Below the pieces are notes generated by a model. It worked only from the letters and a program-made list of their open reading frames with translations, was not told where the DNA came from and searched no databases. A program made the position numbers and the translations under genes. Below, one piece after another: positions 10,354 through 20,140 of a DNA stretch of 64,000 nt (the stretch's first letter is position 1; each line of letters begins with the position of its first letter). Source of the DNA: Terrimicrobiaceae bacterium (GTDB lineage: Bacteria > Verrucomicrobiota > Verrucomicrobiia > Chthoniobacterales > Terrimicrobiaceae); NCBI GenBank assembly GCA_041752695.1, contig JBGSVZ010000038.1, positions 32,001 to 96,000 of the forward strand, read 5' to 3'.

Positions 10354-10395
10354 ATGACTACTGACCAATGACCAATGACTATTGACCTATGACGA
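10354..10395. repeat. heptamer tandem repeat, 6 units
   Basis: ATGACTA CTGACCA ATGACCA ATGACTA TTGACCT ATGACGA. Confidence 0.85.
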
Positions 10396-10396
10396 A

Positions 10397-11299
10397 CTAC
10401 TCCAGCGCCTTCACGATGGACTGGACATTGTGGCGGATCATCGCGTCGTAGGTGTCGGCCTCCGTCGTTCCGAGTCCGTCGGCGTACAAGGTGCCACCGA
10501 GCCGGGCGCCGGTTTCCTTGGTGATTTCCCCAAGCACCTTGGGGTTCTCGATGTTTTCAGCAAAAATGGCCTTCACGCCCTCCGCCTTGATTTCGGCGAT
10601 CAGTTCGCGAATCCGTTTCGAAGAAGGCTGGTCTCCCGTGCTGACTCCTTCGACCGGGTGGATTTCAAACCCATAGTCCCTCGCAAAATAGCCGAGGGCG
10701 TCATGGGATGTCACCAGTACCCGACGATCTTTGGGCAAACGGGCGATTTCGATTTTGGCCCACTTGGCGAGTTCGTCGAGTTTCGCGAGATAGACCTTCG
10801 CGTTGGCCTCGAAGACGGCTTTGTCCGACGGATCCGCCGCGACAAACGCATCGCGAATCACTCGGGTCGCGACCTTGGCGTTGGCAATGCTGTGCCACCA
10901 ATGGGGATCCGCCATCTTCCCATGCTCGCCGTTGGAATGTCCGTGATCATGCCCAGCGTGATCTTCGTCCACCATGATCGGCTTGATGGAGTCTCCCACC
11001 ACAACAAACACCGGACCCCGCCCGACCGACGCGCGTAATTTGTCCAGATAGCCCTCAAAACCCAGGCCACTGCCCAGGATGACCTGCGCATCGCTGAGTT
11101 TTTTGATGTCCCCGGGCGAAGGCTGGAAATCATGGGGGTCAATTCCCGGCTTGATGATATCGGTCACTTCCACCCGGTCGCCCCCAACATTCTGCGCAAT
11201 ATCCGTCAGTACAGTGCTCAGCGACGCCACGGTCAGCTTGTCCCCCGCATGGGTCAGTGAAGCCCAGCCCAAGAGAAAAAAAGTAAATGCAAACCTCAT
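10397..11299 (-). CDS. Zn/Mn ABC substrate-binding protein (TroA/ZnuA cluster A-I)
   Basis: DPHDFQPSP, His-rich loop DEDHAGHDHGHSNGEHG, DPHWW, SHDALGYF, LYADGLG; signal peptide. Confidence 0.93.
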   Translation of the reverse strand: MRFAFTFFLLGWASLTHAGDKLTVASLSTVLTDIAQNVGGDRVEVTDIIKPGIDPHDFQPSPGDIKKLSDAQVILGSGLGFEGYLDKLRASVGRGPVFVVVGDSIKPIMVDEDHAGHDHGHSNGEHGKMADPHWWHSIANAKVATRVIRDAFVAADPSDKAVFEANAKVYLAKLDELAKWAKIEIARLPKDRRVLVTSHDALGYFARDYGFEIHPVEGVSTGDQPSSKRIRELIAEIKAEGVKAIFAENIENPKVLGEITKETGARLGGTLYADGLGTTEADTYDAMIRHNVQSIVKALE

Positions 11300-11346
11300 G
11301 CAGGAAGATTGCGTGAAGTGTTTTCGAAATGCAATCCTTTTGCAGA
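11300..11346 (-). promoter_or_regulatory. sigma70-like promoter with overlapping Fur-family-like inverted repeat
   Basis: minus strand TTGCAT-N17-CAATCT-N6-ATG; TGCAA-N5-TTGCA (11330-11344) overlaps the -35. Confidence 0.55.
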
Positions 11347-11433
11347 AAGAGATTCGGCGAAGAGTGACGACCGCAGGCGTGCCTCTTCGGTTTTTTGATT
11401 CAAAGACCATTCGGTTTCCGATAGTCTCAAGGG

Positions 11434-11802
11434 ATGGATCCTCGTGTCGTCAAACCCAACACTCCTCCCCGTGTCATTGTGGCTGCCGTCCTGATTGCGC
11501 TCTTTGTCCTGGGTTTCATTTTATTCGCTGTTTTCCAGAGCGGTCGCAGCATCACCGACGCGCGGATGCGGGGGATTGTCGTGGCCAAAGAATTTACTCC
11601 TCAGCCTGAGCGCCAAATCATTCTGGGCCGGGAGGGCAGCGTCAGCGCGCGCAACCAGGAAGGGGAATATCTTCTCAAAGTTGAGGTCACCCAGACCGAC
11701 GGCAGCAAGGAAATCTACGATGTCTGGATTCAGAAAAAGGAACAATATGATGGGATCAAGATTGGTGATTCCTTCGACGTTGGACCTTATTTGGTGAGGT
11801 AA
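11434..11802 (+). CDS. single-TM hypothetical protein
   Basis: TM VIVAAVLIALFVLGFILFAVF followed by a small beta domain. Confidence 0.7.
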   Translation: MDPRVVKPNTPPRVIVAAVLIALFVLGFILFAVFQSGRSITDARMRGIVVAKEFTPQPERQIILGREGSVSARNQEGEYLLKVEVTQTDGSKEIYDVWIQKKEQYDGIKIGDSFDVGPYLVR

Positions 11803-11875
11803 AAAAATTTGAACGCACCGCACCCGGCGCTGTCTTAGGTGTAAATACATTGTCAATTCATCCCATCCTTTATTC

Positions 11876-12865
11876 ATGAGTGTCCTTACCCAACAAGCCA
11901 ATGAGCAAGTCCAGGAAGCCCGCCAATGGGTTGACCCCCTGATTTCGGAAGTCAGCAAAGTCGTCGTCGGTCAAAAGAAACTCGTCCACCGACTGATCAC
12001 CGGACTGCTTTGCAATGGCCACGTTCTCCTGGAAGGCGTGCCCGGGCTGGCGAAGACGCTGACCGTGCGTACTTTGGCGTCCTGCATTCGCACGGGGTTT
12101 CAGCGGCTGCAGTTCACTCCGGACCTTCTGCCTGCCGACTTGATCGGCACCCTGATTTACAACCCTCGTGATGGCGAATTTGCCACCAAGCTGGGCCCCA
12201 TTTTTTCCAATCTTATTCTGGCGGACGAAATCAATCGCGCTCCCGCCAAGGTCCAGAGTGCCTTGCTCGAAGCGATGCAGGAGCGGCAGGTGACCATTAG
12301 TGATACGACCTATCCGCTGCCCGATCCGTTCCTGGTTCTGGCCACGCAAAACCCGATTGAGCAGGAGGGAACCTATCAGCTTCCCGAAGCGCAACTCGAC
12401 CGTTTCATGCTCAAGGTGCATGTCGGTTATCCCACGCGGGAGGAAGAGCGCGGCATCCTCGATGCCATGGCAACCTCTGCCCCGCGGTTGGAGGTGCAGG
12501 CCGTGGTTGCACCGGAGGACATTATTCACTCCCGCAGTGTGGTGAATTCCATCTATGTGGATGACCGTGTGAAGGATTATATTGTCAATATCGTCTGGGC
12601 GACCCGCGACCCCGCCGCTTACAAACTTAAGCTCGACGGACTCATTCGCTACGGTGCCTCGCCCCGTGCCACGATCTTCCTCACGCTCGCCGCCAAGGCC
12701 CAGGCCTTCATGGCGGGCCGGGGATATGTCACGCCGCAGGATGTCAAATCCATCGGGCTCGACGTGCTTCGCCACCGCATCGGCGTGACTTATGAGGCCG
12801 AGGCCGAATCCGTCACCAGCGAATCCATCGTGGAGAAGATTTTCGCCGGACTTCCCGTTCCTTAA
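11876..12865 (+). CDS. moxR: MoxR family AAA+ ATPase
   Basis: HVLLEGVPGLAKT, RLQFTPDLLPADL, LADEINRAPAKVQSALLEAM, LPEAQLDRF. Confidence 0.97.
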   Translation: MSVLTQQANEQVQEARQWVDPLISEVSKVVVGQKKLVHRLITGLLCNGHVLLEGVPGLAKTLTVRTLASCIRTGFQRLQFTPDLLPADLIGTLIYNPRDGEFATKLGPIFSNLILADEINRAPAKVQSALLEAMQERQVTISDTTYPLPDPFLVLATQNPIEQEGTYQLPEAQLDRFMLKVHVGYPTREEERGILDAMATSAPRLEVQAVVAPEDIIHSRSVVNSIYVDDRVKDYIVNIVWATRDPAAYKLKLDGLIRYGASPRATIFLTLAAKAQAFMAGRGYVTPQDVKSIGLDVLRHRIGVTYEAEAESVTSESIVEKIFAGLPVP

Positions 12866-12907
12866 TTGCTAATAGGCTCGGCGGCTTGTCTTCCTTTCGC
12901 CGTCAAC

Positions 12908-12933
12908 GGCGCGTTGGGACAACGCGCCCTGCC
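12908..12933. repeat. REP-like palindrome
   Basis: GGCGCGTTG-GGA-CAACGCGCC-CTGCC in the intergenic gap; minus-strand GCAG foot resembles the GTAG foot of REP elements. Confidence 0.55.
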
Positions 12934-12949
12934 ATTTGAAAACTAAGTC

Positions 12950-13837
12950 ATGACAAGAGATCCTCAAGAGATCCTTAAAAAGATCCGCCGTCTCGAATTG
13001 CGCACGCGGCGTCTGGTGAACTCCTCGTTTGCCGGGCAGTACCACAGCGTGTTCAAGGGCCGGGGGATGAATTTTGAGGAGGTCCGGGAATACAATCCGG
13101 GCGACGAGATCCGGTCCATCGACTGGAACGTGACGGCGCGGATGAACACGCCGTATGTGAAAAAGTATACGGAGGAACGGGAGTTGACCGTGATGCTGCT
13201 GGTGGATGTGAGCGCTTCGGGGACCTATGGCAGTGTCGAACTGAGCAAGCGCGAACTCGCTGCCGAAGTCGCCGCCATTCTCGCTTTCAGCGCCATCAAT
13301 AATAACGACAAGGTGGGTTTGCTGTTGTTCTCCGACGAGGTGGAGCTTTTCATTCCGCCCAAAAAGGGCCGACTGCACACCCTCCGGCTCATCCGCGAGA
13401 TGCTTTATTTTGAGCCGAAAGGGAAAGGGACCAATCTGGGTGTCGCCCTGGAGTATCTCAATAAGGTGTTGGGTCGTCGCTCCGTGGTATTTATCATTTC
13501 GGATTTTATCGCGCCCGACTATACGACGCCCTTCACCGTGGCCAGTCGCCGTCACGACATCGTGGCAATGCCGGTGATTGATCCGGGTGAGGAAGTGCTG
13601 CCCGACGTGGGACTGATCACCTTCGAGGATGCGGAAACCGGCGAACAAATCGAAATCAACACCTCGCGTCAGTCGGTCCGTGACGACTTTGCCGAGGCGG
13701 AAGAAATTCGCCGCAAGGATCTCGAAAAGTTGTTTGGCTCCCGGGGCGTGGATGTCGTGCCTCTGGCGACGGACAAAGATTACCTGGTCGCGCTGCGTTC
13801 GTTTTTTGCGCGCCGGGAGAGGAGGATGGCAGCATGA
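12950..13837 (+). CDS. DUF58 protein (Bat/MoxR operon)
   Basis: GQYHSVFKGRGMNFEEVREY.PGDEIRSIDWNVTAR, EEREL, DVSAS. Confidence 0.95.
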   Translation: MTRDPQEILKKIRRLELRTRRLVNSSFAGQYHSVFKGRGMNFEEVREYNPGDEIRSIDWNVTARMNTPYVKKYTEERELTVMLLVDVSASGTYGSVELSKRELAAEVAAILAFSAINNNDKVGLLLFSDEVELFIPPKKGRLHTLRLIREMLYFEPKGKGTNLGVALEYLNKVLGRRSVVFIISDFIAPDYTTPFTVASRRHDIVAMPVIDPGEEVLPDVGLITFEDAETGEQIEINTSRQSVRDDFAEAEEIRRKDLEKLFGSRGVDVVPLATDKDYLVALRSFFARRERRMAA

Positions 13838-14358
13838 TGCCGACCCAGCCACCCCCCGCGGCAACGCCCGCGCCGATCCACGATATCGCCGGCCCGGTCT
13901 GGTTTTTTCCTTATCCGATGTGGATGGTGGTTGCTGCCGTCGCAGCGCTGCTCGTTTTCATCGGCCTGATCATCTGGCTGGTCCGCCGGGCCCGCCGGGC
14001 GCGGGCGCTCACGCCAACAGAGCGGGCACTGGCGGCTCTCACCGATCTGCGGCGCGAGGGCGGGGAGGCGGATCCTTATGCATTCGGCGTCAAGGTTTCT
14101 GATGCACTGCGCACGTATATTCGCGATCAACACGGGCTAGATGCCGTCACCCGCACGTCGCTGGAATTTCTGGCCGCTCTGCGGGAGAACGCGGCCTTCA
14201 CCGATAACGAGAAAGCCGCGCTGGCGGAGTTTTTGGAATCCGCGGACCTCCTGAAATACGCCCGGCAATCCGCCGGTGCCGAAGAAATTCAAACGCTGCT
14301 GTCCATCGCCGAGCGCCTGGTGCGCGGGGAACAGGCGGCCACCCTTCCTGTCAAATGA
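13834..14358 (+). CDS. DUF4381-like single-TM protein
   Basis: IHDI..P, TM helix, LRTYI, TRTSLEF, ADLLKYA; position in Bat operon. Confidence 0.8.
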   Translation: MMPTQPPPAATPAPIHDIAGPVWFFPYPMWMVVAAVAALLVFIGLIIWLVRRARRARALTPTERALAALTDLRREGGEADPYAFGVKVSDALRTYIRDQHGLDAVTRTSLEFLAALRENAAFTDNEKAALAEFLESADLLKYARQSAGAEEIQTLLSIAERLVRGEQAATLPVK

Positions 14359-15377
14359 CCGAGTTTTTGCCATCGGGATTCAGCTTTGCCAACCCCTGGG
14401 TCTTGCTGCTGTTGCTTGTTCTGCCTGTTCTGGCCATCCTGAAAGGCCGCTTCGGAGGGACCGCAGGCATCACGTTTTCCACGACCGCTGCGCTGGCGAA
14501 GTTCGGTCAGCGCCGCCGCTCCCGGGCGGGCGCCTTGCTGGGATTACTGGCTCATCTGGCGATTGCCGCGCTTGTCATCGGACTGGCCCGCCCCCAACTG
14601 GGCCGCACCCTCACGAGGGTGCAGGCGAGCGGAGTTGATATCATGCTGGTGCTGGATGTTTCGCGGTCGATGCTGGCGGAGGATTTCACCATTGGCAGCC
14701 AGCGGGCGAATCGTCTGGAGGCGGTCAAGCAGGTGACGGAGGAATTCATTCGTCAGCGGCCCAATGACCGTATTGGCATCATGGCTTTTGCCGGCCGCCC
14801 TTATTTGGTCAGCCCGCTGACACTTGACCATGAGTGGCTGATCCGGAACCTGGAGCGCCTGCAGATCGGCATGGTGGAGGACGGCACGGCCATTGGTTCG
14901 GCCCTGGCGGCGGCGGCGAATCGTTTCAAGGATAAGACGACCAAAACCAAACTGATCGTGCTGCTGAGCGACGGTGACAACAACGCCGGACGAGTGACGC
15001 CCATCACAGCCGCCGAGGCGGCCAAGGCTCTCGGGATCAGGGTGTATACCATCGGCGCTGGCACAAATGGCCGTGCGGTGCCCTTTCCGTTTCAGGACCC
15101 GTTCGGCCGGACCGTTTATCAGAACATCCAAATGGAATTCAACGAGGGCACCCTCAAGGAAATCGCCTCGCTGACCAAGGGGCAGTATTTTTACGCCGGA
15201 GACACGGATGCCTTGGAAAAGACTTTCGGCGAAATTGACCAGATGGAAAAAACCAAAGTCGAGGTGGAAAAGACCGCCGACTACCGGGATTTGTTCCAGT
15301 GGTTTCTCGCCGCAGGCTTCGGCTTGCTTAGCCTCGAAACTCTCCTTTCTCAAACTGTATGGAAACGTCTTCCCTGA
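14355..15377 (+). CDS. batA: BatA-like VWA protein
   Basis: FANPW, LARPQ, MIDAS DVSRSM, SPLTLD, LLSDG. Confidence 0.9.
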   Translation: MTEFLPSGFSFANPWVLLLLLVLPVLAILKGRFGGTAGITFSTTAALAKFGQRRRSRAGALLGLLAHLAIAALVIGLARPQLGRTLTRVQASGVDIMLVLDVSRSMLAEDFTIGSQRANRLEAVKQVTEEFIRQRPNDRIGIMAFAGRPYLVSPLTLDHEWLIRNLERLQIGMVEDGTAIGSALAAAANRFKDKTTKTKLIVLLSDGDNNAGRVTPITAAEAAKALGIRVYTIGAGTNGRAVPFPFQDPFGRTVYQNIQMEFNEGTLKEIASLTKGQYFYAGDTDALEKTFGEIDQMEKTKVEVEKTADYRDLFQWFLAAGFGLLSLETLLSQTVWKRLP

Positions 15378-17467
15378 CCTTTGCCAACCCCGCGTGGTTT
15401 TACGCGCTGCTGGTCCTGCCCGTGGTGGCGGGGCTCTACGCCTGGGCGTGGCGTCGGAGCGATGTGCTGATCGCCAAAGTTGTGGCGGTTCGTCTGCGCT
15501 CCCAGCTCGCTGGTGCGGTGAGTCGTGGACGAAGGATGTTCAAGGCCATTCTGCTGCTGGTGGTTCTTGCCCTCGTTGTTCTGGCGCTGGCCCGTCCGCA
15601 AATGGGCTTTGTCGAGCGCGAAGTGAAACAACGCGGCCGTGATATTATCATTGCGGTGGACACCTCGCGCAGCATGCTTGCGACGGACGTGACTCCGACC
15701 CGCCTAGCCCGGGCCAAATTGGTCGCGCAGGATTTGCTGAAACTGGTGCAGGGGGACCGGGTGGGGCTCATCGCCTTCGCGGGCTCAGCTTTTTTGCAGG
15801 CTCCCCTGACGCTGGATCAGGGGGCCGTCCTGACTTCTCTCGACGAACTCGACACGACGGTGATTCCCAAGGGTGGCACGAATATCGCGGCAGCCATCCG
15901 GGATGCCCAGGAGGCGTTCGGCAAGGGCGAGGGGCAAACCCGGGCCTTGGTGATTCTGACCGACGGGGAGGAACTTGATGCCGACGGGATCGCCGCGGCT
16001 AAAAAGGCGGCCGCTGAAGGTATGCGGATTTTCACGGTGGGAATTGGCTCGGGTGAGGGTTCGCTCATCCCTCTGAAGGGCAGCGACGGAAGTGCGGACT
16101 TTGTGCGCGATTCCGCCGGAAAGCCCGTGCAGAGCCGCCTCGATGAAACTCGGTTGAAGGAAATCTCCGAAGCGGGCGGGGGATTTTATGAGCCGCTGAG
16201 TCCGGACGTCGCGCGTTCGATCTTCGAGCGCGGGATTTTGCCCATGGAAATGAAGGAGACCGGGGAGATGACCTCCCGTCAGCCCATCGAGCGGTTCCAA
16301 TGGCCTCTCGGACTGGCCACCGCTTTGCTCGCGTTGTGGATGATCGTCGGGGACCGCCGGAGAAACAGGCCCGCGCCGCTCCGCAAGGTTGCGGCCACCG
16401 CCGCCGTGATGGTGCTTTCCCTGTCCGCCTCCCACGCCGCCACGGGCTACGAAGCCTACCAGTCGGGCGACTACCAGAAGGCGATGACGGACTTTCAGAC
16501 GCGCCTGCAGACCTCGCCGGAATCCACGAAGCTTCAATTCGACGCCGGAGCGGCTTCTTACAAGTTGGGAGATTTTGGCAAAGCGGTGGATCATTTTACC
16601 AAAGCGTTGCTGGCCGACGATCAGAAGCTGCGGGAGGACGCGTCTTACAACCTGGGGAATTCGCTCGTGCGCCGGGGCGAGTCCGCCGAAGGGATGGAGG
16701 AGAAGAAGGCCGATTGGAAAAACGCCATCCAGCACTACACCGAGGCGCTGAACATTCAGCCGAAAAACAAACGTGCCGAGGAGAATCGCGAGATCGTGAA
16801 AAAAATGCTCGAGGACCTGGAGAAACAGGAGGAGCAGAAGAAGCAGGACGAACAAAAGAAAGACGACAAGCAGGAACAGGACCAAAAGGACGACCAGCAG
16901 CAGGATCAGAAAGACCAGAAGGACCAAAAGGATCCGGAGAATAAGGATCAGGAAAAGGGCGATCAGAAACAGGATAAGAAGGATCAGCAGCAAAGCGAAA
17001 ACGATCAGAAGCCCGACGATCAAAAGGACAAAGAGCAGAAGGGGCAGGAGGATCAGAAAAAAGAGGAGGAAAAAAAGAAGGACGAGGAAAAGAAAGAAAA
17101 CCAGTCCCCACAGGATCAGGGCAAGGACGAGGAAAAGAAGGATGAGCCGAAAGACTCCGGTAAGGAGGGTGAAAAACAGGACCAGCAGATGGCCGACAAT
17201 AAACCCAACGAGGCCGGCAAGGATGAAATGCAGCCCGCCCCCCAGCCGACCCCCGGAGAGAAGAAGGAAGGTGATTTGAAAGCCAACCAGGAACCCCAGC
17301 CTGCGTCCCAGGGCGGCGAGCAAGAGGCGGAAGCCGAGGCGGCAGAGAAAGAGGGTGAAATGAGCCCTGCCCAAGCCCGCAGCTTGCTGAATTCCCTGCG
17401 CGGCGAGGAAGAACGTGTTCGCTTAATGCAGAGACAGGAAAACGAAGATACTTTGAAGGATTGGTAA
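15359..17467 (+). CDS. BatB-like VWA domain fused to BatC-like TPR and Q/K/D/E-rich tail
   Basis: DTSRSM, LTDGE, TPRs (YNLGNSL), low-complexity tail, terminal KDW. Confidence 0.9.
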   Translation: METSSLTFANPAWFYALLVLPVVAGLYAWAWRRSDVLIAKVVAVRLRSQLAGAVSRGRRMFKAILLLVVLALVVLALARPQMGFVEREVKQRGRDIIIAVDTSRSMLATDVTPTRLARAKLVAQDLLKLVQGDRVGLIAFAGSAFLQAPLTLDQGAVLTSLDELDTTVIPKGGTNIAAAIRDAQEAFGKGEGQTRALVILTDGEELDADGIAAAKKAAAEGMRIFTVGIGSGEGSLIPLKGSDGSADFVRDSAGKPVQSRLDETRLKEISEAGGGFYEPLSPDVARSIFERGILPMEMKETGEMTSRQPIERFQWPLGLATALLALWMIVGDRRRNRPAPLRKVAATAAVMVLSLSASHAATGYEAYQSGDYQKAMTDFQTRLQTSPESTKLQFDAGAASYKLGDFGKAVDHFTKALLADDQKLREDASYNLGNSLVRRGESAEGMEEKKADWKNAIQHYTEALNIQPKNKRAEENREIVKKMLEDLEKQEEQKKQDEQKKDDKQEQDQKDDQQQDQKDQKDQKDPENKDQEKGDQKQDKKDQQQSENDQKPDDQKDKEQKGQEDQKKEEEKKKDEEKKENQSPQDQGKDEEKKDEPKDSGKEGEKQDQQMADNKPNEAGKDEMQPAPQPTPGEKKEGDLKANQEPQPASQGGEQEAEAEAAEKEGEMSPAQARSLLNSLRGEEERVRLMQRQENEDTLKDW

Positions 17468-19311
17468 TGAATTCACTCATCAAATATGCAGGAGCGGCCA
17501 TGGTGTTTGTTGCGTGCGCGACAGCGTCGCTGCGGGCCCAGCAGGTGCAGGCCGCTTTGGCTCAGGACACCGTCGGCGTCGGCCAGCCGGTGCAACTTAA
17601 TATCTCCATCACTGGAGGCAGTGGCGTCCAACTTCCCGAGCGCATCAATGTGGAGGGTCTGGATATCCGGCGCGCGGGACAATCCGAGCAAACCCAGGTG
17701 ACCATGGCCAATGGTCAGCTCAATGCGGTGACTTCGGCCGTGTACACGTATTTGATTATCCCGATCAAGGCGGGAACCTTCACCATTCCTGCCATGTCGA
17801 TTCGGGTAGGTGGGAAGGAGTTAAAAACCCAGGACCTGACCCTCACGGTGAGCGGAACTCCCGGTGGACGTTTGGGCAATGTCCCCGTGCGCCCCGCCAT
17901 ACCCGTGCCCCAAAGCCAGCAGCGTCAGGCCCCAGGACAGCCCCAGGTGACCGCGCCCAGCCGTCCGCAAACTCTCACCGAGGATCAGCTTGCCTTCGGG
18001 GATCTCGTCATTCCGCGGAAGACGGTTTATGTCGGAGAAGTCGTTCCCGTGGAAGTTCGCTTCTTTTTCGGCGTGCCCGGAAAGACGCTTCAGGAAAAAC
18101 CGAATTTTTCCGGCGATGGATTTACCGTCTCGTCGTTTGGCGAGCCCGTCCGCCGCGAGCAGGAGATCAATGGTCGGGTTTACCAGGTGTTGGTTTATCA
18201 AACGGCCATTACTCCGGTGAAAGCGGGGACGCTGGAAATTCCTCCAGCCGAGCTCCCGGCCCGCCTTCAAGTGGCCACCAGTCGTCGCGCCGATGACATG
18301 TTTGGCGGTCTTTTTGGTTCGATGGGCGATTTTCGGGATGTGCCGGTGAAAACCGAGGCTGCCACGCTCGAAGTCAAGGCCCTGCCTAAGGAGGGCCGGC
18401 CTCCCGAGTTTGCCGGGGCGATCGGCCAGTTTTCCATTGAGGCCTCCGCCAGTCCCAAAAAAGCCGCGGCGGGTGACACCATTTCCCTCAACGTCACCGT
18501 GGCCGGACGCGGAAATTTCGATGCGATGGGGCCTCCGGTGCTGACGGAGTCCGAGGGGTGGCGGACCTATCCTCCAGGGGAAAAATTCACTCCAAGCCCG
18601 AGCGATCCCATCGGGTTTAACGGCGAGAAGGCCTATGAATATATGATCCTCGCCCGCGAGGACCGCACGGCTACTCCGGTGGCGGAGTTCAGTTATTTCG
18701 ATCCTTCCCTGGAAAAATACGTCACCCTGAAGACTGCTCCCATTGCAGTGGATGCCAAAGGGGGAGCCGCTCCGCCCGCCACGCCTCCGGCCATTGCCGT
18801 GGCTGCGTCGGCCACACCATCGGCGACTCCCTCAGCGGAGCCGACCGCCGAGCCCGAGCAAAGTGTGCTGGTTCGAAATTTTTCCCCCGCCACGTTCCGA
18901 CCATTCGTGGAAGATCCGATTTTTCTAATGGTGAACGGAGCGCTCGCCGTCAGTTGGGTCCTCCTCCTGCTCTTCGGAGTCGGTCGGGTGATTTCGGGAT
19001 CGAAATCAGCCCGTGAAGCCGCAACCCGCAAAGAGGCGAGAAAGCTTCTGCACAAGATGCAATCCGCGGCCTGTCCTCCCGAAGAATTCTATCAACTCGC
19101 CGCGGATTTCGTGGCGGCCCGTCTCGCTTCGCACAGCCGCGATGCCCTGGAGGCCGCTCCGTTGGGTTCCGAGACCAAAGCCGCGGTGGCGGCCATTCTC
19201 GATACCCATGACGAGATGAAGTATTCCACCGCCGGGACTTTTCAATTGCCTGTGGAAGACCGCCGCCGGGTGGTGGCCCAGCTCAAATCCTTCGATGATG
19301 AACTCCGCTAA
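17467..19311 (+). CDS. batD: BatD family protein
   Basis: signal peptide, Ig-like repeats, VYVGE, GAIGQF, GRGN, FSYFDP, C-terminal TM; TAATG overlap. Confidence 0.88.
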   Translation: MNSLIKYAGAAMVFVACATASLRAQQVQAALAQDTVGVGQPVQLNISITGGSGVQLPERINVEGLDIRRAGQSEQTQVTMANGQLNAVTSAVYTYLIIPIKAGTFTIPAMSIRVGGKELKTQDLTLTVSGTPGGRLGNVPVRPAIPVPQSQQRQAPGQPQVTAPSRPQTLTEDQLAFGDLVIPRKTVYVGEVVPVEVRFFFGVPGKTLQEKPNFSGDGFTVSSFGEPVRREQEINGRVYQVLVYQTAITPVKAGTLEIPPAELPARLQVATSRRADDMFGGLFGSMGDFRDVPVKTEAATLEVKALPKEGRPPEFAGAIGQFSIEASASPKKAAAGDTISLNVTVAGRGNFDAMGPPVLTESEGWRTYPPGEKFTPSPSDPIGFNGEKAYEYMILAREDRTATPVAEFSYFDPSLEKYVTLKTAPIAVDAKGGAAPPATPPAIAVAASATPSATPSAEPTAEPEQSVLVRNFSPATFRPFVEDPIFLMVNGALAVSWVLLLLFGVGRVISGSKSAREAATRKEARKLLHKMQSAACPPEEFYQLAADFVAARLASHSRDALEAAPLGSETKAAVAAILDTHDEMKYSTAGTFQLPVEDRRRVVAQLKSFDDELR

Positions 19312-20140
19312 GATGATGACTTTTCCAGAAATTCAGAACGGGCTTCCCTTGCCTGCGAAGAAGGGCATGTCTTTTCCCGCCGTGAGGAGCCTCATGCTCA
19401 TGCCGTTGGTGGCCTTCGCCCTGATTGCCTCTACGTGGCTCTCGTTCGGCGACGCCTTGTCGGATGCCGATGCCGCTTTTGTCGCGGGTGACTATCCCGC
19501 GGCGATGCGTGCTTATGAATCTGCGCTTTCGGCGCAAGGGCCGAGCGCGGGGTTGTATTACAATCTGGCGATGACCCAATTGCGCCAGAACCAGCCCGCC
19601 GAGGCTGCCCTGAGTCTTCGCCGCGCTATCATGCTGGACCCGCGCCGCAGCGACGCCCGTGTGGCCCTGTCCGATCTCGAACGCTCGCAAGGCATCGCCC
19701 CCGAACCCTCAGCCTGGACGGCGCGTTGGAGACAGATTTTGGCGGAAAAAGTTTCCCTGACCGCTCTGACCATTATCGGCAGCGTGCTGGCCTGGGTGGG
19801 AGCGTTCTGGCTGCTTTGGGTCGTTTTTCGGAAGGGGCGAAAATTTTGGCCTGTGACGATCGCCCTCGTCCTACTTTGCGTCGGCAAGGCCATCTTTATC
19901 GCGGCTTATCTGGCGGATCCCCGGGTTTCCGAGCGGGATGCTGCCGTGGTCCTGGCAGGCAGCGGTGTTTCGCTTCTGGCGGCACCCGCCGACCAATCCG
20001 CGGTTGTGCTGAAGGTTCCTGCGGGGGCCAATCTCTATGTTCATCGTCGCAGCGGGGACTGGTCGTATTGCGAAACTCCCACGGGTGAGAAAGGATGGAC
20101 ATCCACCAAGTCCATCGAGTGCGTAGTGCCTACGGCATGA
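19295..20140 (+). CDS. BatE-like TPR/SH3 protein
   Basis: LYYNLA TPR, two TMs, C-terminal W..GEKGW SH3-like domain; start uncertain. Confidence 0.82.
   Translation: MMNSAKMMTFPEIQNGLPLPAKKGMSFPAVRSLMLMPLVAFALIASTWLSFGDALSDADAAFVAGDYPAAMRAYESALSAQGPSAGLYYNLAMTQLRQNQPAEAALSLRRAIMLDPRRSDARVALSDLERSQGIAPEPSAWTARWRQILAEKVSLTALTIIGSVLAWVGAFWLLWVVFRKGRKFWPVTIALVLLCVGKAIFIAAYLADPRVSERDAAVVLAGSGVSLLAAPADQSAVVLKVPAGANLYVHRRSGDWSYCETPTGEKGWTSTKSIECVVPTA

Noticed and set aside
16820..17230. Repetitive purine-rich DNA suggesting an array
   Set aside because: Low-complexity coding sequence with no fixed repeat-spacer period
15785..17374. 529-aa very hydrophobic Leu-rich minus-strand ORF
   Set aside because: Mirror of the Q/K/D/E-rich tail of the BatB/C gene
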